This document shows positions 13,953-26,000 of a stretch of DNA of 64,000 nt, in pieces (within the stretch, counting starts at the first letter, position 1; the number at the start of each line of letters is the position of its first letter). The notes beneath the pieces were generated by a model that saw only the letters and a program-made list of their open reading frames with translations, was not told the DNA's origin and made no database searches. The stretch is from Ophelia neglecta. Its lineage: Eukaryota. The stretch lies in assembly GCA_965285935.1 (NCBI GenBank), contig OZ260665.1, positions 55,490,001 to 55,554,000 on the forward strand, written 5' to 3'. A program made the position numbers and the translations under genes.

Positions 13953-16294
13953 TTGATTTTTCATAAAACTGTAAGTATTAGATCTACCTTATCAGATCTA
14001 CCATTTAGTGAGAACATTCCCTATAATTTCTAAATATAACTTACACCATCTCAGCCCGATTTGGGCCACATTTCATCTCTGTCCTACTTTGACCATCGAC
14101 TCGTTTGTTTCGTGATCAAACTTAGATCATGGTAAACTATTAACAAGTGATTATTGCAAGTGATATCAATTTTTTATTTTGTTGCATGTTTGTTTACGGT
14201 TTGAGAGCTGGGGATTGATGTATTGATGTGTGGTGCTGTGGCTGCTGGTTTCTGATTATTTCAGACCGATGTAATGGATTACACTAGAGTTATGATATGG
14301 CGTTGCCTAACGAGTATCCACTCCCGTTTTTTAGATATTCAAACGATTTTATTTAATTTGTAATTTCTTTAAATCATCACTTATTTGAATAAATATTCCA
14401 AAAGTTGAACGTTCGTCTGTATTATTGTTTTATTACTCAAACATACCGTGGAGAGTTGTTATTATTGATCTTATGAATATTGATATTTGACAGAGGGACA
14501 AGTTATTTGCTGAATTGCCTTGTAAAATGGCACGTAACATCACTATTTGAAACAAATAAGGAGTTAGAATGAGATTCATTTGTATTGATTGCTCAATTGA
14601 TTCGAATTAAGAATAAAGAAAATTGTGCAATACTGAAATGAAACGGATATTTTTCTTCCCAATTAATGCAATATCTTTGATTAGTAGTGCTATACAATGA
14701 TTTCAATCAAATTTCTTTCTGATACTCTGCAGTGGGTATAACATTTGTAATATTTTTGGACAGTAAAATCCCACAATAGAATGTCCCCTTTTATTCAGTT
14801 TATCTCGGTTAGCCGTCAGGTGTCAATTTGTACTTTCTTTCTAGTTCCTAGATCGGTCGGGGTCCTACTTCTTGAGCAGGATTGCATGCAGACGATACGC
14901 TGGTCAACTTGCCTAAAGTAGCAACTATAGATGAGACCCTGCTGTGAAATAAATCACTTCTAATATTGAAGAAGGCGTCACCATTTTTGTGGCTCTTCGA
15001 AATCAACGACTGTTTCATTCATTGCTTCTTTAGCAAGGTCTGCCGGGTGTTCGCTCCTCTTAGCAATAGTATTTTTAACAATATATCGTTAGGAATTAAA
15101 GTCAAGGTTATGAAGAAAGTAAATGCCGTCATTGTTTTTTTTCTTTCTATAATTCATTCTACTAATATCACTTCAAACTTGCTACTAATTGTTCACACTA
15201 AAACTATCATAATGCGAAGCAAAATCGGAAATGAACTTGTGAAAAGTAAAATAATAGCAAAGACAGGCCAATATCTGTTCGCGTGGGAAGTTCAAAATGA
15301 ATTAATCGTAAAAAGTATCAATTGAAAAGCAGTCAGGCAATAAAACAGATTTTATTATATTATTAATGAAATACATTGATACCTTTCCCAATGGATGAAG
15401 ATTCGTCATGAATAAAAAAAAAGTGAATTCTGCTTATTAATTAGTCATATATTTTCAATTAGTATAGGGATTGAAGAAAGATTTCAGGATGAGACATTTA
15501 CCTGAAGTAAAAAAAAAGATTCCTACATACTAATATAAGCTAGTGTTTGAAACACTAGGGTGAAACGATGGTTATGGATATAAGTTTTACTGCTAGATTC
15601 GCAATAACATCCTTATTATTCCCGAGAGCTGCCAAATCCGAAACTGTTTAAGCTCGAATTAATGTAGTGTTTAAAAGCAGAAAAACTGGGATAACCAACA
15701 AACAAACAAACGTTAATAAAAGAAAGCGAACCAAATTAAATCATAGCATAAAACAATTCTGAGTTAAGAAAAAATAACATAATACATAACTGTATGCATG
15801 TAAAATAGAATTAACCAAACATATATTGCATGTAATGATTGTATGAGATGACATTGAAGGTCAGTATAAGCATGCTTCAACTTATATAAATGTGTCTTAT
15901 ATACAGGTCTATACATTTAAATTGAGAAACACTGACTTAGCCAAGCCAAGTGACTTGACAATTAATTTATACATTAGATTGACATTAATAATATAAATAT
16001 AGCAAATCAGAATTTACAATCCAATGCCGGGTGTTTCTTTTACGATTCCAATAAATGAAATTCATATTTTGATGAGTTTACTACGTGTATATAGATTTTG
16101 CTTATTAATGTGCTTATATTTCGAATGAAATGAACTTTATTCTGCATTGGCAACTTCTAACCATATGGTAGAAAAGGAAAGATATGATTAATTTTGTAGC
16201 AGGCACATGACATAACTAGGATTAATGATAAATATATCAAAACAAAGACTATAAACACATGGGAACTTTTAATTCAGTCATGGGTGGTAAAAAA

Positions 16295-17034
16295 TCATGT
16301 TATCGATGAAATGCCACTTAAACTGTCTTCATACATCTCGTCCATGTCAGCTGTGGCCAACTTGGAGCTGATTGTGTTGAATGATCTGAGGGACGCGCTC
16401 ATGCTGGGGCTGCTGGGCAAGGAGGAGCTCGTCCTGCTGAGTACTCTGCAGTCCCCGTCTTTTGCTCGGGCACGCCGTCTTTGCACGCATTTCAATGTCA
16501 ATACAACTATTGCTATCAAGTTTATAGCTGATATACTGATAGCAACTGCCGGACAAAACATTAAGATAGAATTACAAAGGTGTACATTGGGTACTAGATA
16601 ATGATGTGGACAAGTTCTTAAAACTTCTGTCTCTTTCTGCATACCTTATCCTAAATCATGTAAGATTCTATATTTTTACAAATATCAATTATGATATCAG
16701 TAAGTAAGATAAAGTCGAGGCCTTTATAACACAAAGCATGATTTTGCTGTCCCAGAACGGTGATAAACAAAAGAATGTCCAATTGATTTGTTTTCTCACC
16801 ATTGAATCTCCAATTTTAAAATAACAATTATATATTAGGCCTTACGGTTCGATTGTACTTATATATCGCAACAGCTTATATTTGGTTCGACCGGTCATGC
16901 CAAACTAAACAATCAATAAAGTAGTCTCAAGGACCTAAACCTACCGATGACACCATAGGTTATCGTGGATGGAAGGACTTGGTTCTGTGATTGAGAATCA
17001 AGCTTATTCTCTCCTATCTGTGGTTGAAAGGCAC
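16295..17034 (-). CDS. Gene A juxtamembrane region, TM helix and cytoplasmic tail
   Basis: 16945-17034 [30 protein letters not shown] joined to 16295-16545 [29 protein letters not shown] (hydrophobic stretch then basic stop-transfer)...[32 protein letters not shown]. Confidence 0.82.
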
Positions 17035-20000
17035 CTGTGGAGAAAAGCATTAGTATCGGGTTGTAAAGCTAATTATATATGCGCTAACAATGAACCAGTG
17101 TGGTTCGCCCCGGTGTACAATGCGTTTGATCAGGACAGATTTGTCATCCCATCACATATCGTCGTTCTTAATCAATATACATTACCATTACTGTTTTATG
17201 CAGTTTCTCAACCGTTTAATGATTTCTTTAAGCTTCTTTGCAATACTTCTTTTCATTTTGTTTGCAGCTGGTGGCTCCCTTTTCACTACAGATTCTTTTT
17301 TATAACAGGGTCGACATTTTACCTTGGTTACCCGAACAGAAGAAGCTGCCGTAAGTGTTGAGACAGCCAGAATTTCCACAGCTATCTGTTTGAAGCAGGC
17401 ACTCATCGACATCTAAACAAGTACAGGTAACGTATAATGAAAATAAAATCAACGTACAAAACTGCCAATATAGAGGCTTAACCCCCCCCCCCCCCCACAG
17501 AAACACACACACACTCACACCACCACCGCCAACACCACTTCTGATCCCATGCTTTCGGAAAATGTTACGGAATAAATAGTTCACTCTCTATCCAATGATA
17601 TAAGTTCATTGAATGTTTGATAACGGATAAACGGCTGCTCAGAATTAAAACGACCTGTACATAATTCGCAAATCCACAGAAATAGGTTCTAAAGGGAAGT
17701 CTACATAAGACTGCTGGATTACTGAGATGGGTACAAAACTAACAAAAGAATATGAGTTTCTCCAACGTTTCTTCTTTGTTTACATAAATTTGGTTGTTGT
17801 TGTCATGGTTAGGATATTTATATAGAGACAGATAGATAATAAAGAGTGATTTCAAATTAAAGGTTATAACAACTTAAGCATTAATATTGAATAACGAATG
17901 TATAGCAATAAAAAGAAAGTTAAGAGAGAAACACAAATGCATTCAAGCATACATGCCACATATAGTATTATGACGTACAAATATAGTGCAAAGAAATTAA
18001 TCACAAAACATGAACGCATAGGTTGATTACCCAGGGACCGGGGAGGGAGGTAAGCCCCCTCTCCCTCTATGTTGTTGCTATGTGTATTGGGCATCAACTT
18101 GCCTGTTAAAGGGTAGCTTGATGGGTGGTTGAACAATTAGCTTATTTTTAAAACTCATAATGAAATTATGTGTATATCCACAAGACAAAATCGACATGGC
18201 ATGCACAACAATATTATATAAAGACAAGGAACCAAATGGTAAATATAAGTATAAGACAATGAAGTAAAGTTCTTTACAACAGGATTTGATATCAACTACC
18301 ATTTTAATCGTAAGATTTTAAACAATGTTTTCTGGAAATAAGGCTTTGACTGCTAAATGAAACGGTGCCGGCATAACGCGATGTATGAATATGAGAATTT
18401 ATCTGACCTATACAAAGACGCCCATCCGGAGAGAGTCGGAAGCCATTGGAGCATCCACAGTAATAACTCCCCAGTGTGTTCACACACCTGTCGGAACAAC
18501 CACCGTTGTTCTCATCACACTCATCATTATCTGCATAAGTAAAAAGCGCAACGATGCTGTTTTCAATAAAAGACATTAAAAGCCATAAATATAGACTTGT
18601 CCTTTTGTTTTCTCACAGTGACACCGTTCCAGTTTATTCTGGCAGTTTATTTTGTTAGAGATTGTCCGGGGCTAATAACCTACCTTCGCAAGTAGTACCA
18701 TTAACTGGCTCCACGGTGTCGCCGATCTTGCAGAAACATATTGTTCCAACTTCTCCAAAATGACGACAGTAGAAGTTATCTGGATAGATCGATATCATTT
18801 AAAAAATAGAAATAGCTATGCACGAGCCACGAGGACAGCCTTGCGAACATTAAAACGAGAAGTACAAACGTTTGATTGCAAACCTGTTTGCGGTGTGGGG
18901 GGCGGAGGGGTCGGCCTTGTTAACTCACACATATCAAACACAACATCTTCGCGGATTCTTCCCAGGTCTCTAAACAGCTCCACAGTCCAGTAGGTGGTAC
19001 CTAAGGTTTGAGGCAAGGATGAGATTGCCTGGAATGAGAGTGAATTGAGTCATCTATTTAGTTACTTCTGAAAGTTGAACGCAGTGTGCCAATGTGATAA
19101 TGTATTATTCCTTACTTTTAATATTTTTAAGCTTGTTGAAGACAATTGTTATTTACGCTTTTGCCTCATGAAAATAGATAACTAATACACATTTGGCTGG
19201 TGTGGACGGGCTACGGTTTCTGCTGACGTTTTCAGTTTTTTTTCAGGTGACAATGCGTTTTTGATTGACGTAAACGGGCGTGGATACCGGCAAGAAAAGC
19301 CGAATCATTAGTCAAGAAAAAGGCCATTAGTTCGATCCGAAACCAGGAACCAGGAGCCACTGCCCCCACTGATCAATAATCTCTTGCTCACCAAAAGAAA
19401 AGGAGAGTCCCTAACATTCTGGGCTTTTAACCCAAGTTTTCCTCATCAAATATATCGCATAACTTTGTTTTAATATTCTTTTTTATATACCACACCTGCA
19501 GTTCTTCTCTGTTGACACTGCTGGAGATGCCGACCGCCATGATGTGAATGCCCTGGGCTTTGGCAGCTACGGCAGCTGGAATTGTGCGACCGGTGTCGAT
19601 TGTGGACTCTCCATCTGAAACAGATTGTACAACATGCATTCTTAATGCGGTAAGAATAAACTTGTGTCTAAGAATGGGCTAAGTATTATTGTCGTAAATA
19701 AACAAAAGAACGAAACAGATTAGTGATTTGCCATTTATTAAACTCTTAAAACATTCTTCAATCAAGCAGGAAAATTCATGTAAATGGCATCACCGGTAAG
19801 AAGAATGGCAACGTTTGGCACGTCAGGTCTGTCCCCTCGGTTTACTAAGAACTGCTCTGTGCGCATTCGATCTAAAGCCTCGGCAGTGTTTGTGCTGGAA
19901 CCAATTATCTCAACCCTACGGATTGCATCCTGGAAAAAAAATCATAATACATTTGCACTCTTCGCCATTCGTTATCATAATTTATAGCGCTATATGTACC

Positions 20001-23000
20001 CTATTATAATCAACATGGATAGAAAACCAAAAGATAATTTTTTATTAGGAAGACGTATATTAGGTTTCTGCCAACGACAACATAAGTGAAGCCTTACCTG
20101 TATTTGTTGTTTGGTGTCGTACCAGCTAAGATAAAATACGGACTGAGCAAAGCTAGCGAAGTTGACGAGGCCTACTCTAGTTCCAAGTTGTCCTATCTCA
20201 AGAGACTGGACAATGTCCATCATAAACTGTTTCATGTCTAGAAAAGCCTGAGACCCGGCAAAGTTAACACTACCAGACGTGTCAACCATGAAGACAAGAT
20301 CGACTGCACAGACTGAAAACGAAGTCACCATACACACCAGAATGTCGTAGTTTGAGGTAAGTTAATATATAGTGCATGTGGAAACATATTGTACACGATT
20401 AGACAGCTCTAGTCTATTCGAATCGAATGTTGATTGAAATGCACTTCTTTGACCATTCAGACATGTCAACTTCCGTAAAAGAAACTAGCTGACGCTCTTT
20501 CCACAAAACTGGACGGGCGTGCATGACATTATTTCAAAGTACATGTTTATGATAATAAATGGGGGAAATGAAAACTGTATACTTCACATGAATGCACGCG
20601 AAAAACGTTGTATATCTAATTATTACCATTGTAGTATAAAAGCCTCGACTGCGAAAAGTGATAAAAGAGATAGCTACAGATTAAGGACCTGTGACTAGTG
20701 ATGGCTTACCGTCGGCAGGGATAACATTGATGGTGGTAGTTGAAGTTGTGGGGGCTGGTGTTGGAAATGGAGTGGGAGCTGGGGTAGGGGATGGAGTTGG
20801 AGGAAAGGTAGGAGGTCTTGTTGGAGGGGCAGATTGCGTGTTTCTTAATGTCGTCGTTGTCAGGACTTCAGTACATAGCTGCCCTGTCAACCTGTCTACT
20901 AACAAAGGCAAAGAACTCCCCCTGGATACCAGAAAGAAATCTTCGTTAAAGTCTCCCAGGGTTACATCCTGTAGTTCACTGACCAATGCACCAGCGTTCT
21001 GTGTGACACCGATCGCTTTAAACTCTATCTCATTGTCTGCTGCTTCCAGTGCAGTCAACCGAGTCAACGGTGGATCGTCTGAAATACCATCTGTTATCAA
21101 CAGAGCCACATTGCGGGCTTCTGGACGATCTCCATTGTTGACCTCGCCAAACATCTCGTAAGTAGTAAAGTATATAGCGTCTGCCGTATTCGAACCCCGG
21201 CTGGTCGGTCTTGGTGCCAGCAAAATATCCTGTTGCATGTCTGGTTTATTGTTATGTGTGTTGAGTCTGAATACGCTGTTAGCCTGGTCCGTATATGTGA
21301 CCATACCAACGTTGGCCTGGCCTGGACCCACATTGAGTTGTTCCGTCAGAGAGGCGAGGAAAGCGAGCGTTGCCGGCCAGTCAACAGCCGGGTCCCCATC
21401 CACAACAAACACCAAATCAACTAGACAATCTACAGAGAACAACATCTAGTAAGAAAACCAATATCATCACACAATAAACAACAAAATATGTGATAAACAC
21501 AAAGCAAACGAGTACAGTACTAAACATAATAAGACATGTTTATCGATGATCAAAAACTATTCAAGACAGCATGCCAAGCTATATACAGTAACATCAAAGA
21601 TGGATACAAAACTGTGAAACAAGTCAAGCAAAAATTGAAACAGCCATGCCCATGTGTGCTGAGTACTTATGTCTTACTGGTTTCTACTTGTCGTCTGTAC
21701 CGACGTTTCTGCTCGGTGGTGTACTCCTCCTCAGCTCGCATCACCGCCTCTCGTCTCTTCCGGCCACTGGTACCTAGGAACACCGAAAGGTTGCATTTAC
21801 TATCAACACCAGGACATATTGATATTGTTCATGCTCGGTGGCGCTTTGTTGATATTCTGTTTAGTAATACGAATCTACTCATGTGACCCATAAATATTAT
21901 CTATCATATTTGTCGATTTATCAGGATAAAATGTTGTTTTTTCACCGGGTACCTGGACAGTTGTAGTTGCTGTTTCTGATCTGAAATCCCTCATTACACA
22001 TACAAAAGTAACTATCATATGTATCTCGGCAAATCTGGGCACACGTCGCCTGACTCCGCACACATTCGTTCGTGAACATTGCTTAAAAAAGAAAATAATC
22101 ATATCACTAAATATAGGTCATGGAACATGACAATCTACTCATGAGGAAAAGCCTTGGAACATACATTTTCCTGAAAACTTTATGAAAAATATGTATTTGT
22201 TTACCGCCTTCTGCTGTTCCGGGTGGTCCTGGTGGCCCAACAGGTCCAGGGGATCCTGAAACAGTCAACTATTTGTATCAAATACCACATGACTCGTAAT
22301 TACTTAAGACTGTAATATATTAAATGGACACAGATGTATTTATTAAATTCTAGACAAATTACAAATGATTAACTATTTGTGAAGCAAATGTCATTGCACC
22401 TACCGATACCGGGATCTCCTCGCGGACCTGGCGGACCTGCGCCACCCTGCTGCCCCGGTGGGCCCATTGAACCAATGGGTCCTGGTTCGCCCTGGATCCC
22501 ATTTCGTCCTTTTTAATTGAGAAGAAGAGTACAATATTATCAAAATATTATCAAGCCACTCCGATCATGTCAAACGTATATAAACGAGACAGCACCCTTC
22601 TGAATAGGCGCCCTCTGGCAAACGTGAACATCTATTGCAAGCCTATTTACCTGCTGGCCCCTCAGGGCCAATAAAGCCCCTTGGTCCCTCTGGACCTGTG
22701 CTGCCTGGGATACCTGGCTCTCCGTTACGTCCAGGTGGTCCGGCTTCTCCCGACCTGCCTGGGTCCCCTGAAATAAAACACGTTTGAAGACGTCAGTCCA
22801 AAATTCAAGAAAAAAAGGGAGTTGATAATCGTCAGAAAATGCAAAACAATTGTTCCAAAATCATTATAAACTAACGAACTTGTTAACTAATGAACTTGTT
22901 AAATAAAAAAGGAAACATAGGCCTAGGATCTTAGGAAGAATGGCATACATGCAATTGGAAAGGCCGTTTTCAATACCTACCCGCTTGGCCAGGAAACCCC

Positions 23001-26000
23001 CTCGGTCCAAAAGGCCCAGTACTCCCGGGTGGGCCGGGCTCTCCTGGTCTGCCATTCTCGCCAGGGATACCAGATTGTCCAGGCTCTCCTAACCAAGTAT
23101 ATTAGGCAACTCCATATTATACACACGAATAAAGAATAATGTCAATAGATTCAATATACCAGGATCTTGGCTCTTTTTCTACCCACGAGCATCTTTAAGG
23201 GAAAATGATAGCGGTAGAAGTATAACCTCGACTTCCAGGTTCTCCGTTCCTCCCAGGCAAACCGGGATTTCCTGGTGGGCCTGGTTGTCCGAATGGCCCC
23301 GTGGCCCCAATCCTCCCGTCCCGACCAGGTATTCCGGCCGATCCACTGGCACCAGTAGGACCAAACGGCCCTGTTGCGCCTAGAAAAAGAGACAGTAGAA
23401 CCTCCAGCACTTAACAAAGGCTTTATTCCGTATTTTACATAGCCATATATTTACACAGGTAGGCCAAGTCATTGTCCAGGCACTGATTTTTTTCCGAATC
23501 ATGTATCAAAGTTACCTGATTATGTAAACCTACCAGTAGGTCCCGTCGGTCCGTTGTCCCCAGGACGGCCAATGCGGCCTTCTGGACCCGGAGGGCCAGA
23601 GGCACCAGGCCTGCCAGGTCTTCCTTCCGGGCCAATAGATCCTTAAATCAGAACAAATAGGCCTTCGTTCCGAGAGATGTAACACTTTGCATTGACAGAA
23701 TATCTTGCAAGTATGTCCCAATCCCCGAGGTCGGTCAAGCGTTATTTATTCTTAGAGGGTTGTATTGATCTAATAGACCTACCTGGTTCTCCGGCGAATC
23801 CCCTGGGCCCAAAGGGACCGGTAGACCCTGTAGGTCCTCTGGCACCTGCCACACCCGTGGACCCCGTTGGCCCGTTTCTTCCGGGCGGGCCAATACCACC
23901 AGGAGCACCTGTTATGGTTGTCAAACATAAATCTTATTTACATCAACAGCCTTGTTAAAGTGACGGATACGTTGTTGGCAATAGACGTAGGCAGGTAAGT
24001 TATAGTTTGAGAGCTGCGTATTTAATCCTAGAATGTCACTGAATTACAAACATACATTTATAATCGTTGTAGTGGTCTATCGCGGCACTATACACCTATA
24101 CCAACCCTCTGATCCCCGCGGCCCCGGCTCGCCATCCCTGCCGGGCTCCCCATTCCTGCCGGGGACCCCGGTTTGTCCATCCCTGCCTGGTTGACCTGAA
24201 GGCCCGAGCTCTCCTGGCGGTCCTCGGCTACCTGGTTCTCCATTTCTGCCAGGTTCACCTGGCCGACCAGACTCCCCTGGCTCTCCGGTAAAACCAGGTG
24301 GTCCTTGACCCCCAATACGGCCAGGCTCTCCTGGAGGTCCTGAGCTGCCGGTATCACCACGTCTACCCGGCTCCCCAGATCTCCCCGTGGGACCTGGAGA
24401 ACCTTCACGGCCTTCGGCACCAGTCGGGCCTGGGAACCCTCGAGCTCCCGGCTCACCATTACGGCCTGGCTCTCCTGGCCGTCCCTCAGTGCCTTGAAAT
24501 AAATATCGTCTTGTAACAAATATCTTTCCTGCAGCTTAACATAAACATTCAGAAGTTTATGTTCATTATAGTACTATTTGTCAAAACATTGGAATAATGT
24601 TTGTACATAACTTCGGTACTAGTACACCCCAGCGCCCTCCGCATTCAAGCACTATAAACCTCAGAATGACGCTATTACCTGTAGCCCCGGTTTGACCTCT
24701 GTCTCCATTCGACCCGGTGGCCCCTGTTGGGCCGAGAGGACCAGCTCGACCAGTCGCTCCAGACTGACCACGTTCCCCCATCCTTCCTGTAGGAAGAAAA
24801 CTTACATGTTACGTATCCTAATACAAGATGGAGATAAACATAAAGATTGTTTAAATGTTTAAATACAGCGAGAATCACACCTGGTTCGCCTGGTCGCCCA
24901 GCCTCCCCCTCGGAGCCCGGCTCTCCTGAGCGCCCTGGTTCGCCTGGCGGTCCAAGCGGCCCGAAAGGCCCCGTCGGCCCTCGCTCTCCAGGGGGTCCTG
25001 CTGGACCTTTAATGAGACAATAACGCAAATGTGTACTACGAACACAGTTCTTATTATAAACATATACTCAATTGGTGCCACTCGTCAAATTTATATTACA
25101 CATAAATAATATATAAATCTCTACTGTACGGAGGCTTTCAGAATTAAGTGACATGTATACCAGATGGACCACTTTGACCGGTTGCCCCTGGTTCTCCATT
25201 TCGTCCTGGCTCTCCAGACCGCCCGGTCAATCCCGTGGCCCCCGACCTCCCCGGAGGGCCTATGTCCCCAGCCCTGCCAGCTTCTCCATCACGCCCTGGT
25301 TCTCCCCTTGGCCCTGAAAAGTACGAAGATTAGCAAAACACTAAGTAAAACTGTTGTTCCCCTGAAGTATCTTATCAAAATAAAAGATTTGCCGAGTTTT
25401 CGAAGACTATCACCACCACCAACCTCTTTCACACACAAAAAATATTGTTAGGCATAATCGCATATTCAAATATCCTACCTCAGTACAACTTTAAGACCTA
25501 AAATTTATAGTACACGGCAACATACGTGTTGTTGCAAAAAGCTGATTTTCTTACCCCTACTTTCTCGCAGAAATCGCTAATCCCGCGCGATTATGACACA
25601 ATTCGGTGGCGGTGCCGAGCGGCGGTAAATGTCAAATAGGCTATGTTGCCTAGTAGTTAAATTATCCCCAGGGTCCCCAATTATTGTGATAACATAATTA
25701 CCTATTTCTCCCACGAATCCACGATCACCTTTGATGCCGATGGGACCGATGGGCCCCGGTGGTCCGGATGGCCCTAAAGGCCCGGTAGGTCCTGTAGATC
25801 CAGCCCGGCCCTGTTCTCCCTGAATACCCTGTCTACCAGGCTCTCCATCACGACCTGAATCACCCTGCTCTCCCTTGGGACCAGTGGCCCCTGTTCTCCC
25901 TTCGTTTCCTGGCTCTCCTCGCTCCCCTATCCTCCCTGCATTAAAAAAAATAGTCTTAGATCTTTAAAGTGTTTTCTGTATGTTGAATAACTGGCCTGGT

